A stretch of DNA of 64,000 nucleotides. It comes from Sporopachydermia quercuum (Eukaryota). The notes under the pieces were generated by a model. The model was not told the origin of the DNA and did no database searches. It saw only the letters and a list, made by a program, of their open reading frames with translations. Position 1 is the stretch's first letter. The number at the start of each line of letters is the position of its first letter. Positions 23,553-36,572 of the stretch are shown in pieces. The DNA is taken from positions 1,550,001-1,614,000 of the forward strand of contig BCGN01000001.1 in assembly GCA_001599295.1 (NCBI GenBank). The letters are read 5' to 3'. The position numbers were made by a program, and so were the translations under genes.

Positions 23553-24199
23553 TTATTTACAAGTTGCTAACATATTCGATATAACACCCAAAAGTTGTTC
23601 ATTCTCACATGCTGCTGCAACCCTTTCTTTATCGTTGAGTTGTTTATTTACTTGCGTTTCACTCTGATGCGTTCCTTCTTTTACAAGGATACTGATTCGA
23701 AATCTTGGAGGGAGGGATCTATCAAGTCTGACTCTAATTCCCAATCCAATCAGTGTCGCTAATGAACAATGCGTGATTGTTGGTGTAATCCTAATAATGA
23801 CCTCAGCCATATCTTCTTTATTCCCATTGTCAATAACCTGAATATCTTGTAGATTTACCACGGCAAGTTGACCTAAAGTTAAAGGGTGCTCCGGGTCAGA
23901 TATAGTAGCTATTAGATCTAATCAATAATGTTAGTTCAGATATTCATAATATTCATCAAGGTTCATTAGTACTACTTTGCTCATGAATACTTACCATATA
24001 TTTCTTGTGAGTCTATCGGTTCTTCATACTCCTCATCGCCATCGCTTAATTCCTCACCATCTTCATTGAGTAACGATAGAGAAACTAAGGATTTTAATGC
24101 TGTGTCATCATAGAAGGTCACTGGCGCTTTTTCCTCATATCTTGTAGGTAGAGAAGCCACATCAAGGACTGTTGGATTAGCATTGATAGGATCTGACAT
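23553..24199 (-). CDS. CIA2: Cytosolic Fe-S assembly factor Cia2 (FAM96B); exons 24199-23995 and 23917-23553
   Basis: INANP; EIY|DLIATISDPEHPLTLGQL restored by intron 23994-23918; TPTITHCSLATLIGL; VNKQLNDKERVAAA. Confidence 0.93.
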
Positions 24200-24475
24200 C
24201 TTAGTGCTATACGATTAATTAAACTTATAAAAATGAAACTCACAGTTTTATCAAAACAGTTTAATTAATATACAAAGAGGTTTATGAGGTCCAGGAGAAA
24301 ATAAAAAGCTAATCACGAGGTTGAAGAATAATTATGGTTTTATGACTTTTTTTGATAAGAAGAAATAAGGGCGAATAGGAGAATTTTCAAGTCTATTAGT
24401 AAGTAACTCAAAGCTTTGATATTTGCAGATATATGCAGATATTGCAAAATAATGCATATTATAGTAAGAATGTAT

Positions 24476-24485
24476 ATCACGTGAT
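24476..24485. promoter_or_regulatory. Cbf1-type E-box upstream of CIA2
   Basis: ATCACGTGAT; similar TCACGTGA sites near 55754 and 62237. Confidence 0.5.
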
Positions 24486-24736
24486 GCACATAAAAATCAA
24501 TTGAGTTCTAAGGAACTAAGGCTATTTCTTGCTGATGGTAATTGAAAATAGGATAATAAAGGGGCACTTGTAATCAATTGTTTGTTTCTGTATGATAGAT
24601 GCATTTGTACTGACACAAGAAACATGAATCTCACTTTTCTCTACAATATACGAAGGACAAGCTATAATTCTACAAATGTTACTCGTTTTTAAAATAATCT
24701 AACCCACGAATGAAAACTAATTATACATAAAACCAA

Positions 24737-27700
24737 TCAAACAAACTGAAATAGATCTGTCATACTAACATATCTTCTACCACAATCTTTCAAGTATTTC
24801 CCAGTAACACTTCTACAACGTTCAAACGCTAAACGGTTCATCTCAGCAACAGCTTCTAACTCTTTAGTACAAGACTTCTTGATATGATCAACATCAAATA
24901 AACGATCAAAGTATAACAATTGATTATACAACTCATTGTCGCTATATTTATAATGCATAACTCCTTTACATCTTACACCACCATGACTAGTCTTACCAAT
25001 ACAACGTTTGCCATAGACAGAAATTTGTCTTGTTGCTAATTCACATGCCGAATCATCACATTCTAACCAGCCAGCATAATACTTCGCAATTAAAAATCTT
25101 AGTTGAGTTTCTAACTGAGAATTCAAAGACAATAATGGTATCACGCTATTACATTCTTTGCAACAAATACCTTTGTTGTTCACCACATAATCTTTATTAC
25201 CCATAGTATTAATGCCATTATACTTGAATTGAGATTTGCATTTACCACAACGTAAAATCAAAGCTTGGCAATGCTGAAATCTTTCCGCATCACTTAACGT
25301 GCTTTGTAATGGTTGCAATTCAAAGTCCTTGTTATTCGAGGAGCTAGTATTACTATTATGAGAAATAGCATACTTAGTTCCTTCAAGACCCAAACAATGT
25401 GCTAACTGATATCTATCAGTTCCTTCAATATTCTCACACAATCTCTCAACCGGTGCCAGTAATTGTTTTGCTAGATAGTACTCATAATCAGGTTTAAGCT
25501 TATCAGATATCTTCATTTCATGTAAAGTATAAGCTCTCTTAGCGACGTCTTCTTGNCCAGCACAAATAATATAAGAAATAACATCATTAGCTTTGATCAT
25601 TTTACCATTGCTTCGAAGTCTCAAAGCAACTTGTACTTGAGGCATAGAATCACCAATTCCTCTATAATCTTTAGGATCTTTACCTAATTTTGTATGAATA
25701 ACAAATTTATCTAATCTGATGTCGTCATCGTATATTTTCTGTTTGATACTTCTCAAATCATTATGAATTGATTCAACCAAAGATTCGGAATTTTCATCTC
25801 GATCAACATTCAAAATCTCATCGAGAATAGTTTTAGACACGTCCTTTGATAACTGACAAAATTCTCTTCTTTTCATATCCAAACCTTTGACTTCTAAACT
25901 TGTTACTACTTCACCATCTTTATTCAGTGACATATTAACAGCAGCGTATTTCTTCTTTGAGTGTAGTAGAAGTTTCTGGAAAACGTTATCGATATCAATT
26001 TCTAGTAGTCTATAACGTTCGTTAACTAATTGTTTGAACTTCTCTCCAATTTCAATTGCTTCTTCATACTTTTTAACGTTTGAATCAACCATAACTGAAT
26101 CAGTATCACCATAGACAACTCTGAGTCCATTCTTTTCAGCTAACTCTCTTGTATTTGTGAGAATCTCTCTACCTTTCACTGTAACTAGAAGAGCTAAAGC
26201 ACGAGCATAAAACCGTGATTTGGTGAATCCTAGACAACCATACATAGAATTAGCCGTCAGTTTCAATGCTTGTTGCTTAATGTCATATTGGGCTCTTTCA
26301 CCAGCAGTAATGCGAGGATCTTTTAGTAATTTCTTTACTTGAGCACGCCTATTTACTAATGTTGCCAGCAAACGTGGTAAAATACCCTGAGGAACATCAG
26401 CTTCAGGCAATGCAGGTGGTTTCTCGTCAGTGTATTCCAAAGCTTTATCTCTCACAACAGTTGTGAAGCAAATATTATACTCTTGAATAATGCTGGGATA
26501 CAAACTATTGAAATCCATAACTAACACACAGTTTTCTTGCAAACCTCTCTCGGGCTCGAAGACTAAACCACCTTTATACTTGTTTTTCTTTTTACTGCTA
26601 CTTTCTTCAGAGTTGCCTTCAGGTCCTTCTAAATCGTTTTCACCTTCATTGGCATTGAAGTCTTCAAATCGGGCTTTCCGAGCATTTTCATTCTTATTAC
26701 CACGGAAATTACCAGCATTACCACTATTGGTTTTCAATGGTTGATTACCGAACTTATCAGGCACGATATAATTAGCTCTTGTGAATTCGTGCAGCAAAAT
26801 GAACTCATTTCTGTCAGATCTTGAACCAGCTAAAGTTCTTGCCCAAGCATTTCCAGCAAGATTAGTCAATTGTCTGCTTAAAGATAAGATTTGAATTTTG
26901 AAAGAAATATCAGCAATAACTTTTGATCTCACTTGATTGTCTCTAATGACAGACAATAACATATCAGCATCTTTAGTATAAATCTCATCATTCAAATCAA
27001 CTTCACCGCTTGCTTCAGATATGTACTTTTTACCTAAAATCACTTGACACATCTCTGGTAAGCTCCAAGAAGTACATTTGCTCATTAGTGATTTACCTAA
27101 ATCATTAGCTAAATCGCACATTAATCTACCAGAAACAATTTCTTTTTCAATATAATGCGCATGCTTTTTCATTAATCCATTTGGCCAAGCCTTTCTATTT
27201 CTTCTACCCAAAACACTCCAGTTGAATACTTTCAAGGCATTCATTCTGGAAATGATCATTTCAAGGTCAATATTTTCTAGCTGATGACCAATCAAAACAT
27301 CAGGATCAGTCCTTTTCACTAGAGCAGCAAAATTGCTTAATAGGGCCTTTTCACTTGGTTCCAATCTAACGTTGCCTTTACACAGTTCTTTCATCTTACT
27401 AGGGAAACCTAGCTGCGAAACAGGTCTAACCATTGTATATGATTCAAATTTGATATCTGATACGTTTGGAGCAATTTCTTGGGGAATATCCTTATAAACC
27501 ATCACGCTAATAGCAACGATTTCTTGCTGATTCTTTGACCTATTCATGATTGTTTTCAATGAAATCGACATCAGATTTAGTGGTGGAGCGGCCGATAAAT
27601 AATCTGGCGCATCAGGAGTATCTAATGAGAAGACAGGAGTAATAAACGTTGGTTTTACACATTCGACTTCGATTGGACAATGGGAAGTATTATGAAGAGC

Positions 27701-29173
27701 TGAAAAATCACCATTCTTCACTTCCAACCAACAAGGACCCATAACGTTTCTTGAAAGTACAAACTGTTCAAACACACCAGTATTAGTACCAAATACGCGC
27801 GAGAATGTTTCACCTGATAAATCACTTGGCAAAGGTGAAACAGTGAAAGGTAGGACAACCCGCAAATATTCAGTTTCCTGTGGAATATTTGGTAATTCAA
27901 AAGCATATTTCTTTGTAACAGGCATTGATCTTAATTGATTGACAGATCTTGTTTTAGAGAGGATTGAAGCCACTTCATCAACAACGTCAGACATCTCGAT
28001 TGATTCTCTAGGTAAAAAAAACAGGTCGCGGGTTAAACCATTGACTCTTACCATACAAGAAACAAAATTATCTGATTTCACAAGTTTAGTTTTACCATAA
28101 AGAAGGAGAGTCCCATCAATTTCAAAGAAATCAGTCCAGTAGAAAAAGAATGAATTACTACCTTCATCAACAACATCGCTTTCAGTCATTTTGCTACTAC
28201 TGAACAATGTAGGTGGATCACTTGATGGGATACTTATAGTATCCGCAGGTTTTGATTTTTCATTGGCATTACTATTAGAAGCCAGTGCTGTCTTTGGAGT
28301 TGGTAGTTTCCTAACTTCTTTGGTCGCAGATAAATTAATACGGTTGTAGTCATTTGATTTTGCTCCAATCACGCGTTTTGATATAATCATATCCTGCTCG
28401 TCTTCGTCGTCACCATCATCGTCTTCGTCTTCTGCTTCGACTTCACTTTCAATATTAGCCTTCAACGGGCCATTTTTTGGTTTCAAAGATTCAGTAGATG
28501 ACCTCAACAAATCTGGCTCCTTCAACGCAGGGAGAGTTTTCTTATCATCAAGAATATCTTCATTCTCCTTATTAGCATTTGAATCATCAATATCTTGAAG
28601 CATAAAAGCAAAACCAGCGTTCTCAGCATCGGGAAACAATTCAAATTTTGGTACGGAAATCTTGTTACTATTATTATTAAAGGAAGAGCTGTTCTTAGCT
28701 CTGTTTAGCTTAGTGACTAATGATGGTTTTGGTTCTTTCTTTGTTTTACTACTTCCTGCTGATTCTAATTCAAAGGCTCCGAAAATGTCATCAACTATAA
28801 CATCAGCCTTTAATTTAGCCTTTGGAGCTTGAGATACTTTTAATTTAAGCAATTGACTGATATCGCGTTTAGGCTGCTTCTTTCTTTTCTTGTGAGAATC
28901 CTTCTTAGATGATTCATCATCATCACCTTCATCAGAGTCATAGCCTTTATACCGGTTGTCCCACTCATAGACACCAGTATCAACATAGCCTTCACCGTTA
29001 TCATCCACCACGAAATCATCTTCAAGAATATTGGCTCGCTTAATTGATCGAAACTCTTTGTCATCTACTTCTTCATAGATATCAATATCTTGAGCTACTT
29101 CGAATTCCTTGGATCTAGAACCTCTTTGTTGACGAGCTTGACGAAGCGCGTCGATAGCACTTCGTTTAGCCAT
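24737..29173 (-). CDS. POL1: DNA polymerase alpha catalytic subunit
   Basis: DFVVDDNGEGY, DFNSLYPSII, KLTANSMYG, YGDTDS, C-terminal Zn fingers; ATG at 29173. Confidence 0.97.
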   Translation of the reverse strand: MAKRSAIDALRQARQQRGSRSKEFEVAQDIDIYEEVDDKEFRSIKRANILEDDFVVDDNGEGYVDTGVYEWDNRYKGYDSDEGDDDESSKKDSHKKRKKQPKRDISQLLKLKVSQAPKAKLKADVIVDDIFGAFELESAGSSKTKKEPKPSLVTKLNRAKNSSSFNNNSNKISVPKFELFPDAENAGFAFMLQDIDDSNANKENEDILDDKKTLPALKEPDLLRSSTESLKPKNGPLKANIESEVEAEDEDDDGDDEDEQDMIISKRVIGAKSNDYNRINLSATKEVRKLPTPKTALASNSNANEKSKPADTISIPSSDPPTLFSSSKMTESDVVDEGSNSFFFYWTDFFEIDGTLLLYGKTKLVKSDNFVSCMVRVNGLTRDLFFLPRESIEMSDVVDEVASILSKTRSVNQLRSMPVTKKYAFELPNIPQETEYLRVVLPFTVSPLPSDLSGETFSRVFGTNTGVFEQFVLSRNVMGPCWLEVKNGDFSALHNTSHCPIEVECVKPTFITPVFSLDTPDAPDYLSAAPPLNLMSISLKTIMNRSKNQQEIVAISVMVYKDIPQEIAPNVSDIKFESYTMVRPVSQLGFPSKMKELCKGNVRLEPSEKALLSNFAALVKRTDPDVLIGHQLENIDLEMIISRMNALKVFNWSVLGRRNRKAWPNGLMKKHAHYIEKEIVSGRLMCDLANDLGKSLMSKCTSWSLPEMCQVILGKKYISEASGEVDLNDEIYTKDADMLLSVIRDNQVRSKVIADISFKIQILSLSRQLTNLAGNAWARTLAGSRSDRNEFILLHEFTRANYIVPDKFGNQPLKTNSGNAGNFRGNKNENARKARFEDFNANEGENDLEGPEGNSEESSSKKKNKYKGGLVFEPERGLQENCVLVMDFNSLYPSIIQEYNICFTTVVRDKALEYTDEKPPALPEADVPQGILPRLLATLVNRRAQVKKLLKDPRITAGERAQYDIKQQALKLTANSMYGCLGFTKSRFYARALALLVTVKGREILTNTRELAEKNGLRVVYGDTDSVMVDSNVKKYEEAIEIGEKFKQLVNERYRLLEIDIDNVFQKLLLHSKKKYAAVNMSLNKDGEVVTSLEVKGLDMKRREFCQLSKDVSKTILDEILNVDRDENSESLVESIHNDLRSIKQKIYDDDIRLDKFVIHTKLGKDPKDYRGIGDSMPQVQVALRLRSNGKMIKANDVISYIICAXQEDVAKRAYTLHEMKISDKLKPDYEYYLAKQLLAPVERLCENIEGTDRYQLAHCLGLEGTKYAISHNSNTSSSNNKDFELQPLQSTLSDAERFQHCQALILRCGKCKSQFKYNGINTMGNKDYVVNNKGICCKECNSVIPLLSLNSQLETQLRFLIAKYYAGWLECDDSACELATRQISVYGKRCIGKTSHGGVRCKGVMHYKYSDNELYNQLLYFDRLFDVDHIKKSCTKELEAVAEMNRLAFERCRSVTGKYLKDCGRRYVSMTDLFQFV

Positions 29174-29354
29174 GGTTGAATGATTCTGTCTGATGAAAAC
29201 AGTCAATAACTAATCCGGATGCTATCAACTGGAAGGAAAAGCATTGAATGTCGATGGTTTGATAATATAGACTGAATTATTTATAATAATAGTAGCAGGG
29301 AATATGTAAGATAGATAATAGCAAACCAGCAAAAAGAACTATCATAGCTAGACC

Positions 29355-29411
29355 ACGCGTTTTATTACAGAAACGATGAATGTTTGTGCACGATGATGCG
29401 TGAAGACGCGT
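29355..29411. promoter_or_regulatory. Two MCB (MBF) elements upstream of POL1
   Basis: ACGCGT at 29355-29360 and 29406-29411. Confidence 0.8.
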
Positions 29412-32400
29412 TCACGTTAAAATAAAGGATTATGTGAACATTATTGTTCTGCTGGTGTGAGGAAAGACNGAAAGGCCCCCGGAAGAATTATTTGATTGCG
29501 GTAATTAAAGCTTGAAAAGCTTGGGTTTAAGTGTTCCAAATGAGTTGTGATAAGAAATATAATAATTTAAAGGGATAAATAGAACTTCAATTCTACAAAA
29601 GTTTCCATTCTAATTGCGTGATGGCATCATCATNACCCTCCTACAAATTATTTAATTCAAAGTGATTACTAAAAAAAAGCGGAAAAGATGAGGAGAACAA
29701 TATAATCATCCAAACGTACGCAGGAAGAATGTTGAATATTTTTCCGAGGTGCAACATTTTTGAAGCGCATTGGACGAACATTATTTCTTACAGAATAGAA
29801 TTTAAAACAGTAATTCTATGAAGAACTCTTTTGTTTTTTGGTTTTGGCATTAGATCTTTGAAATTAACCATATAGGAAGATTTTTGTTTTATCTTTGTTA
29901 TAACGACCCATGAACTACATGCCTCCCAACTACATTATAGTTCTTCGTCATTCCTATTCAATCAATAGTGGAAATTCTGCACCTGAAAACAAACTTATTT
30001 CTTTCCTATTTAAGTTAAAGGTGAAAGTTTGTTGACCCTATCCAGATTGACTTCAATCAATTCTTCTGCACCTTGCACACCTTCTTTAATAATTTGTCTT
30101 TTTATTGTTAAACATCTTATTGAGAAGTGACCTACTACTACTATCCTTACGATCAAAATGCAAAGCAATTTTGCAAGAGAGAATATTTTTATTTGTATAC
30201 ATAATTATTCACTGAAAGCTACAAAACAAAAAGACAATAGATCCAAGTATATGTTTCCATATAAGCTTTAAGCTCTCAGATTTAGGCCACACTTTATTTG
30301 AGTTTAGCGCAGTTGAAAATAAAGTATAAAAACATTCGCATCTATTTTACTTANCTAGTTTCTACAAATGAAAGATTGATTTACTGATATATGTTTTATA
30401 CTTTTGTTTCAAGAATAAATGAATGAGAATTAAGTATGAATTTGGCATAGAAAGATTAGCAAGGTGAAGAGAGTTTGAAGGCAATCTTGTAGAAGAATGA
30501 CAGATTGAATCTGGCATAAGAAAGAAAGGCTCGGGTTGTCATACTTCTCAGCTTCCAACAAAGTAGTTACAGTGTTTTAGGGAATTCTATAGTTTGTAGA
30601 AAGACTTACGACAAATGGAATGATTGCCAGGTATTTTTTCTGTAGGTTTTCTAAAGATATATCAGATCCAGCTAGATATTGTGAAGATGAAGATCATTCG
30701 TGACTTTATCAAGCTGATAGGAACCCCAAACGGGAGAGTTTTTTAAGTGCCTAGCCATTTATCACCTCAAGACTTCTGTTTGATAACGAAAGACACTTCT
30801 TCTGAGGCGAATGGATCTAGTCAATCTCTAAAACTGCGTAACTTCTAATAACAAGTAATTTTGGATATTCAAACAATAATCAATCAATGCATTGTTTTCA
30901 GTGACATCTGGATGTGTAATTGTTCGAACGTGCAGAGTAATTTTCATCACAGCATACTATTAACTTTTTGACAACTTTGTTCATACGTAAGAATAAACAA
31001 GACGTCAGGACATAGAAAGTTACATGTAGCTGGCTCTATTGAGCCAGTTGTATGGTTAAACTGGAAAAGGCATTTAAGAACATGTTTGAAGTTTCTGTAA
31101 GAANACAGCTAAAAATATAAGTATTCGAGCAACTTATTTTGTTCAAATACCTATTTTTCTCTTCTTTCAATAACTCAACTGACTGATGAAATGAATATGT
31201 GAATCACATAGATCTTTTAATATAGTATTGGCTGGTGCTTCCCTAGTTTACATGAATAGTTTAGAAACTAGTAATCATTCAATCTATTTTCTTCTTTCTA
31301 CAGGATCCACTTCGTTCGTTGACCTTTCATTGTACTCCCACTTAATAAATGAATCAGATTCGATAATGTGATGAATTTGACAAGCAACTACCTCTTTTGG
31401 AGTTAACCGATCTATTATGTCTAACCTTAATTATTCAACTGTCTTATGCACCTTAAACTGATAATTTGGGTGACATACTGGTTGTGTTCCCTGAAGGGCT
31501 ATGGTTTGAAAATAGAATGAAGTACTCTAATCTCACACCAAACGCTGGGGAGAAGCATGTCCATATGGATAGTATCGTATCATTCCCAGTTTTTCGACAG
31601 GTGCAGATTTATTACCAATCTCTATGATCCTTTATTTAACTTCATGTCTCCTACAATTTTCTTCATAAAGTTTCCGATCTAGTTATAGAGCAGATCCAAT
31701 AGCTAACTCAAAGTAGTTAACAACAAGTTTCAAAAGATTATCAGTATCAATTATTGATTTTATTCATCAAGGGGTCCTATCTTATCTTCCATTCAATTGT
31801 TCTAACAATGGACCTCCAGAAAATGAAATGATGAAATGACATTGCTATTGAGAAGATCAACGTAAATAAAGTTTCAACGTTTGATACGAAGATGTGTCAT
31901 TTTTAATGTGTCCGCAACTTACTTTTTCACTTCTTTTCAATTGTTGTCTCCACCAAAACAACGAAACTGTCAAACGTAGAAAACTGTTCATAAAAAAAAA
32001 ATATGACGAAATTCTTGCCTACTCGGTTTCTCAGAGCATTTTTTTTTCCAGTAGGGAAACAATCGCTCTATAGGGTCAAGTAGATGCATACTAATCCTCG
32101 CTAATAACGATTTCAATGAGCCAAACTTATTCATCTTGCACAAATTCATCGACCATTTTCTGCCCCTGATGTTTCGCTCTATTCGTAAAGTTGGACATGT
32201 TTATGTCTGATTTGAATTTTTGACAAGCGGTATTACGCCATAAGTTTTTGCGATCATCATCATCATTGGTCACACTATTGTTGATTCTGAAATCAAGGAG
32301 AAATAAATTTCTGTTCTTTATANAAACAGGATTTTAGGATGTTATTGAATTTTGTTCTCTTCATTCATCTTATTTTCTTACCTCTTTCATTCTCTCATTA

Positions 32401-33440
32401 TCTTTGGTTAACGAGGGAACCACATGCTCATCTCATCTCTCTTGCAAAATGTGACATGACTATTCTTCCGTATACCTTTTTGAATCTTACATGTTTTTTC
32501 TTCTTCATCTTTAATCTACCCACAATTCATTTCCTTCCTGCCTTGCCTCAGAGCTCTCCCAGGCTGGCAACCAAAAAATCAAGAACTAATATCTGCAAAT
32601 TTCCCCTCTATCTGAGCATTGTTGATTCCAGTATTCTTCAACAAACTCTCATACTATAATAATCAAAACAAATTTTTAGCACTGAGCTTGACAAGAGTAT
32701 GTATAGTCAGCTAAGATAATCGGTCATTAATTTTCATCTCTTGTATTTTTACCTCCCAACTATCCACGAACCAATATCAAGCACAAGTGGAGGTCGAAAT
32801 CCATAACGGCTTAAAACACAAACACATCATATCAGCGGTTATATGTCTTATAAATGATTGCTAAGCGTGTCTGCTTGATCAACTTGACATTTGCCATAAC
32901 ATATCAACATTTTTTTTTGTTATTGTACTGTAGTCATATCGTCATTGTCAAGGAAGCAANGAAGTTAGGAATTGTTTGTTTGTCTATTCATTTATCTTAT
33001 TTTTGGTTACCTGATTAGAAAAGGATTTTGGATAGAAGCATCGTGATAGTTTTGTATTGTACTCTGTTGAAATTATTACATGTCCTGATTGTAGTGCTTC
33101 CAACTCATTCATCAGCTTACATTGCAAGTAGTATTCTTACTAAAGCACTGGTTAATGAAAGAAACAAAAAGTTCAAGTTCACCTTCGGTTGATACATAGC
33201 AGGATTTATTGTTCCAGCGGGACGAACAACAGGAATTTCTTTTGAATTGAAGTCAACATCGATTTGTCCTAGATTAATACCATTGCAACAACAATAAGTT
33301 TGATAATTCATATCTTATCATACCACAGAAAATACTATACTCTATTTCATTACTATAGAAAGGAAAAGTTTGCATTATTTGCTACAACTTTGTTGGCGAA
33401 AGCAAGTATAAGGGATTTGAAAGAGCAAGAATCGTCTTAA

Positions 33441-35703
33441 ATGTCACAACAACCACACCTCTTACCAACGGGGTCAGTGGTNATTTCGGACGTCAATGTT
33501 TCCGATCAAAGGCAGACACTGAACGCGTTTATCTACGATTATCTCCTGAAAAATCATTTATTTGAAACAGCGAAATGTTTTGCTCGTGATGCTGATGTAC
33601 CAAGAGTCATTGATAGGTTGCCCGGAACTTCTTTAGCAACAGTTGTTGAATCTCCTACCTCGACTGGCTCTGGATTGCCAGGACCTGCTGCTAGTGCAGC
33701 CCGTTTACGTGACATTAGAGCAAAATATCCTGAACATGAGCTACCTGATGCTCACGTATCTATGAATTCTCCACAGAGTTTTCTGTACGAATGGTGGGGA
33801 GTGTTTTGGGATACTTATAAAGCTAGAGGTAATCGCGGTGGTTCTTTAGCTGCAAAACAGTACTTACAGCTGCAAAACATGCGACAACAGCATGAACAAT
33901 CAATGCATAATATTTCATCACAGCAACAGCCATCCTATGTTCGTGGAGGGCAGGGACAGGATTATCTCATTGGTGATTCTGGTGTGGTGCCTGGAGTTAT
34001 ACCTAATCAAGCTGCTGTTGCTGCAATGGTCAATGCTCGAAATCTGGCACATTCTTCTCCTGATGGCGTAAATGTTCCAGTGGTAGAATCTGATCGTCGG
34101 GGAAGAGTTGGTATGCCAAAAATATATTCAATGGGTCAACCAGGTGGTCCTGGGGGTCCCGGAGGTCCAGGTGGCCCTCAAATGTCGGTTGCACAACAAA
34201 TGTCTCAACAGAAACCAATGCATCAATCTCCACAACCCCCACCACAACAATTTTCACAAATGANTACTCAACCGCCATCAGCTTACCCAAATCCGTCTCA
34301 AACTCCTATAGATCCTTCTAAGCCCCAGTTTCCATCTCCTAAACGACAAAAAGTGTCACCAGACGAGGTTTATGGTCATGTTCAAGGAATGGATATGAAT
34401 CCAAATGGTCTCAATGGTCCAAGTGGTCAGAATGGAGCAAACGGTCCATCACCACAAGTTTTCCAGGTTAAAACAGAAGCTCAGCCACAATTATATCAAG
34501 GTCCTCAACAAGGCATGAGGGTAGTCTCCCGAAATAGTCCCACCAATCAGCAATATCATCCCGGGATGCCCCAAAATGTTCCAAATGGTCCAAATGGTCC
34601 AAATGGCGGTTTAATGGTTAAAGGACACAAGCCAAAACAGGAACAAATCGGAATTCCCGGGAGCGCATCAAATCAAGCTCCACGAGCAGGTAACCTGAAT
34701 GCTCTGCAGGATTATCAAATTCAGTTGATGTTATTAGAAAGACAGAATAAAAAGAGGTTAACTTCGAGACATAATGGAGAACCAGGATTGGAGCCAAATG
34801 GCAATGAACCAATAGGACCAAATGTACGTGCTAGATGGAATATGGCACAGCAAAGACAACAAGCTGGTCAAGGACCAATGGTTGTTCATGGTGGCCCTGG
34901 AGGTCCTGGTGGTCCTCAATCCCAGATTCAAGCTCAATCTCAAGCCCATGCTGGCACTGGGACCAACGTTGATGGTAACGGAGACGGGAATCTTCTTGGT
35001 GGAAATCCTAACTCGGCTCTTGGACACCAGCGTTCGCGATCCATATCTGTTTCCCAGACCCATGGTCCACCTCCAGGTCAACTTCAAGGAGGTCCAGGAC
35101 AAATACAATCTCAAACCAAATCGCAGCCACAACAGATTCAGCCACAGCAGCAACAAGGTGGACCAGGACAGAGCCAAACGCAACCGCAGGATCATACATC
35201 AATACAATCAAAAGGTATTCCAGACAAAGAGAGCCTGATCGAAATGTTACCGCCATCTAGTAATCCGTTGATGCAACAACGGAACACACCGGTATCATCC
35301 CCAAATGTTCCTCAAACCCCTAATGGGGGTTCTGCCACTACTCCCGGTTCTGTAATGGTTCAGAAAGTAGCCACTGCTGCAGCTGTTGCGAATAAACGGA
35401 AGAAAGGTGAACCACGGCAAAGAAGAGCAAAGAAAGGAACCAGCGGGGGTCCTGGAACCCCCAATGCGTCAGAACCACCTACTCCAACTACTCCTTTGAC
35501 ACCACATCCACCCGCAGGCGGGCAACCTGTTGTTAAAAGAGGTAAGAAGTCATTCTCTTCTGCTCCACCCAATCAAACCATTATTCAAGCAAGGAATGGC
35601 TACGATCAACAACAGCATGATTCCAGTGGTGCCAATCCTATCATTCAAATGGATATATCGGCAGCTGTTTCACCTAATCGAATAATCTCACAAGGATCTA
35701 CTC

Positions 35704-35767
<64 letters not shown>

Positions 35768-36233
35768 GCAACAACAACAGCAACAACAACAGCAACAACA
35801 ACAGCAGCAGCAGAAGCAAGGCCAACAATTACAACCTCAGAATCAAATCCCGAACAAAACTCCCAACCAAAACTCCACTCAACCTCAGAATCAAAGCCAG
35901 AATCAACCTTCTAACGAATCCCGACAACCCACTGGACAGAATATTCAACTACAGAACAACAACAATAATCCTACACCACAACAAATTTCCTCGTCACATA
36001 ATCCGACACCTCAGAGTGGCTCTGCCAGTGCGCCGGCCACAGGTCTAGAACAACAAGATTCTTCCGTGTTCTTATCATTAAGTGAATTTGAAACAGGTGG
36101 AGATACAGGTGGAACTGATTTGGACTTCGATTTCAATTCTTTCCTTAATACAGGAGATCATATATCCAATAATGTCAATTTTGATTCCACATTCAACTGG
36201 GGAGAAAGTGTTGAAGCTTCCGGTGATGTTTAA
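33441..36233 (+). CDS. FLO8: LisH-domain transcription factor Flo8/Som1 family
   Basis: LNAFIYDYLLKNHLFETAKCF (LisH), FLYEWWGVFWD, PSPKRQK, ALQDYQIQLMLLERQNKKRL, acidic-aromatic DFDFNSFL tail. Confidence 0.85.
35703..35813 (+). repeat. (CAA/CAG)37 polyglutamine repeat in FLO8
   Basis: 111-nt trinucleotide tract. Confidence 0.95.
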
Positions 36234-36572
36234 CAATGATAATATTCATTCATTTACTTGTTTAAAAGAAAAAAAAAATACTGTTTCCTTTTTTTCTCTT
36301 CTTTGCTTCTCTTTACGTAATATTATTAATAACTAATTTTATTAGTAATAATCATAACTATAATGTTGACATTGATGTGGATCTCGATCCGGATGTTGTA
36401 TAATATAGTGCTACGGTTTAATAAGAAATGATGGATTTTCATAGGGCCAATATGTGATATAAATAATTATATGCAATATATATTACACAATTAAGCCTTT
36501 TTTGACGAATTGTTGTTGTTTCTTCATGTCTATGTAATTGTGCTTAATATATTATATTGATTATGCTTCTGT

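Noticed and set aside
30010..30118. Short minus-strand open frame (RCLTIKRQIIKEGVQGAEEL...) as a transposon or viral relic
   Set aside because: About 35 codons, no start codon and no recognisable motif
31368..31461. GTGATGA...CTGA box C/D-like pair
   Set aside because: No convincing terminal stem or rRNA complement of 10 nt or more next to a D box; the segment also pairs within the larger fold-back element
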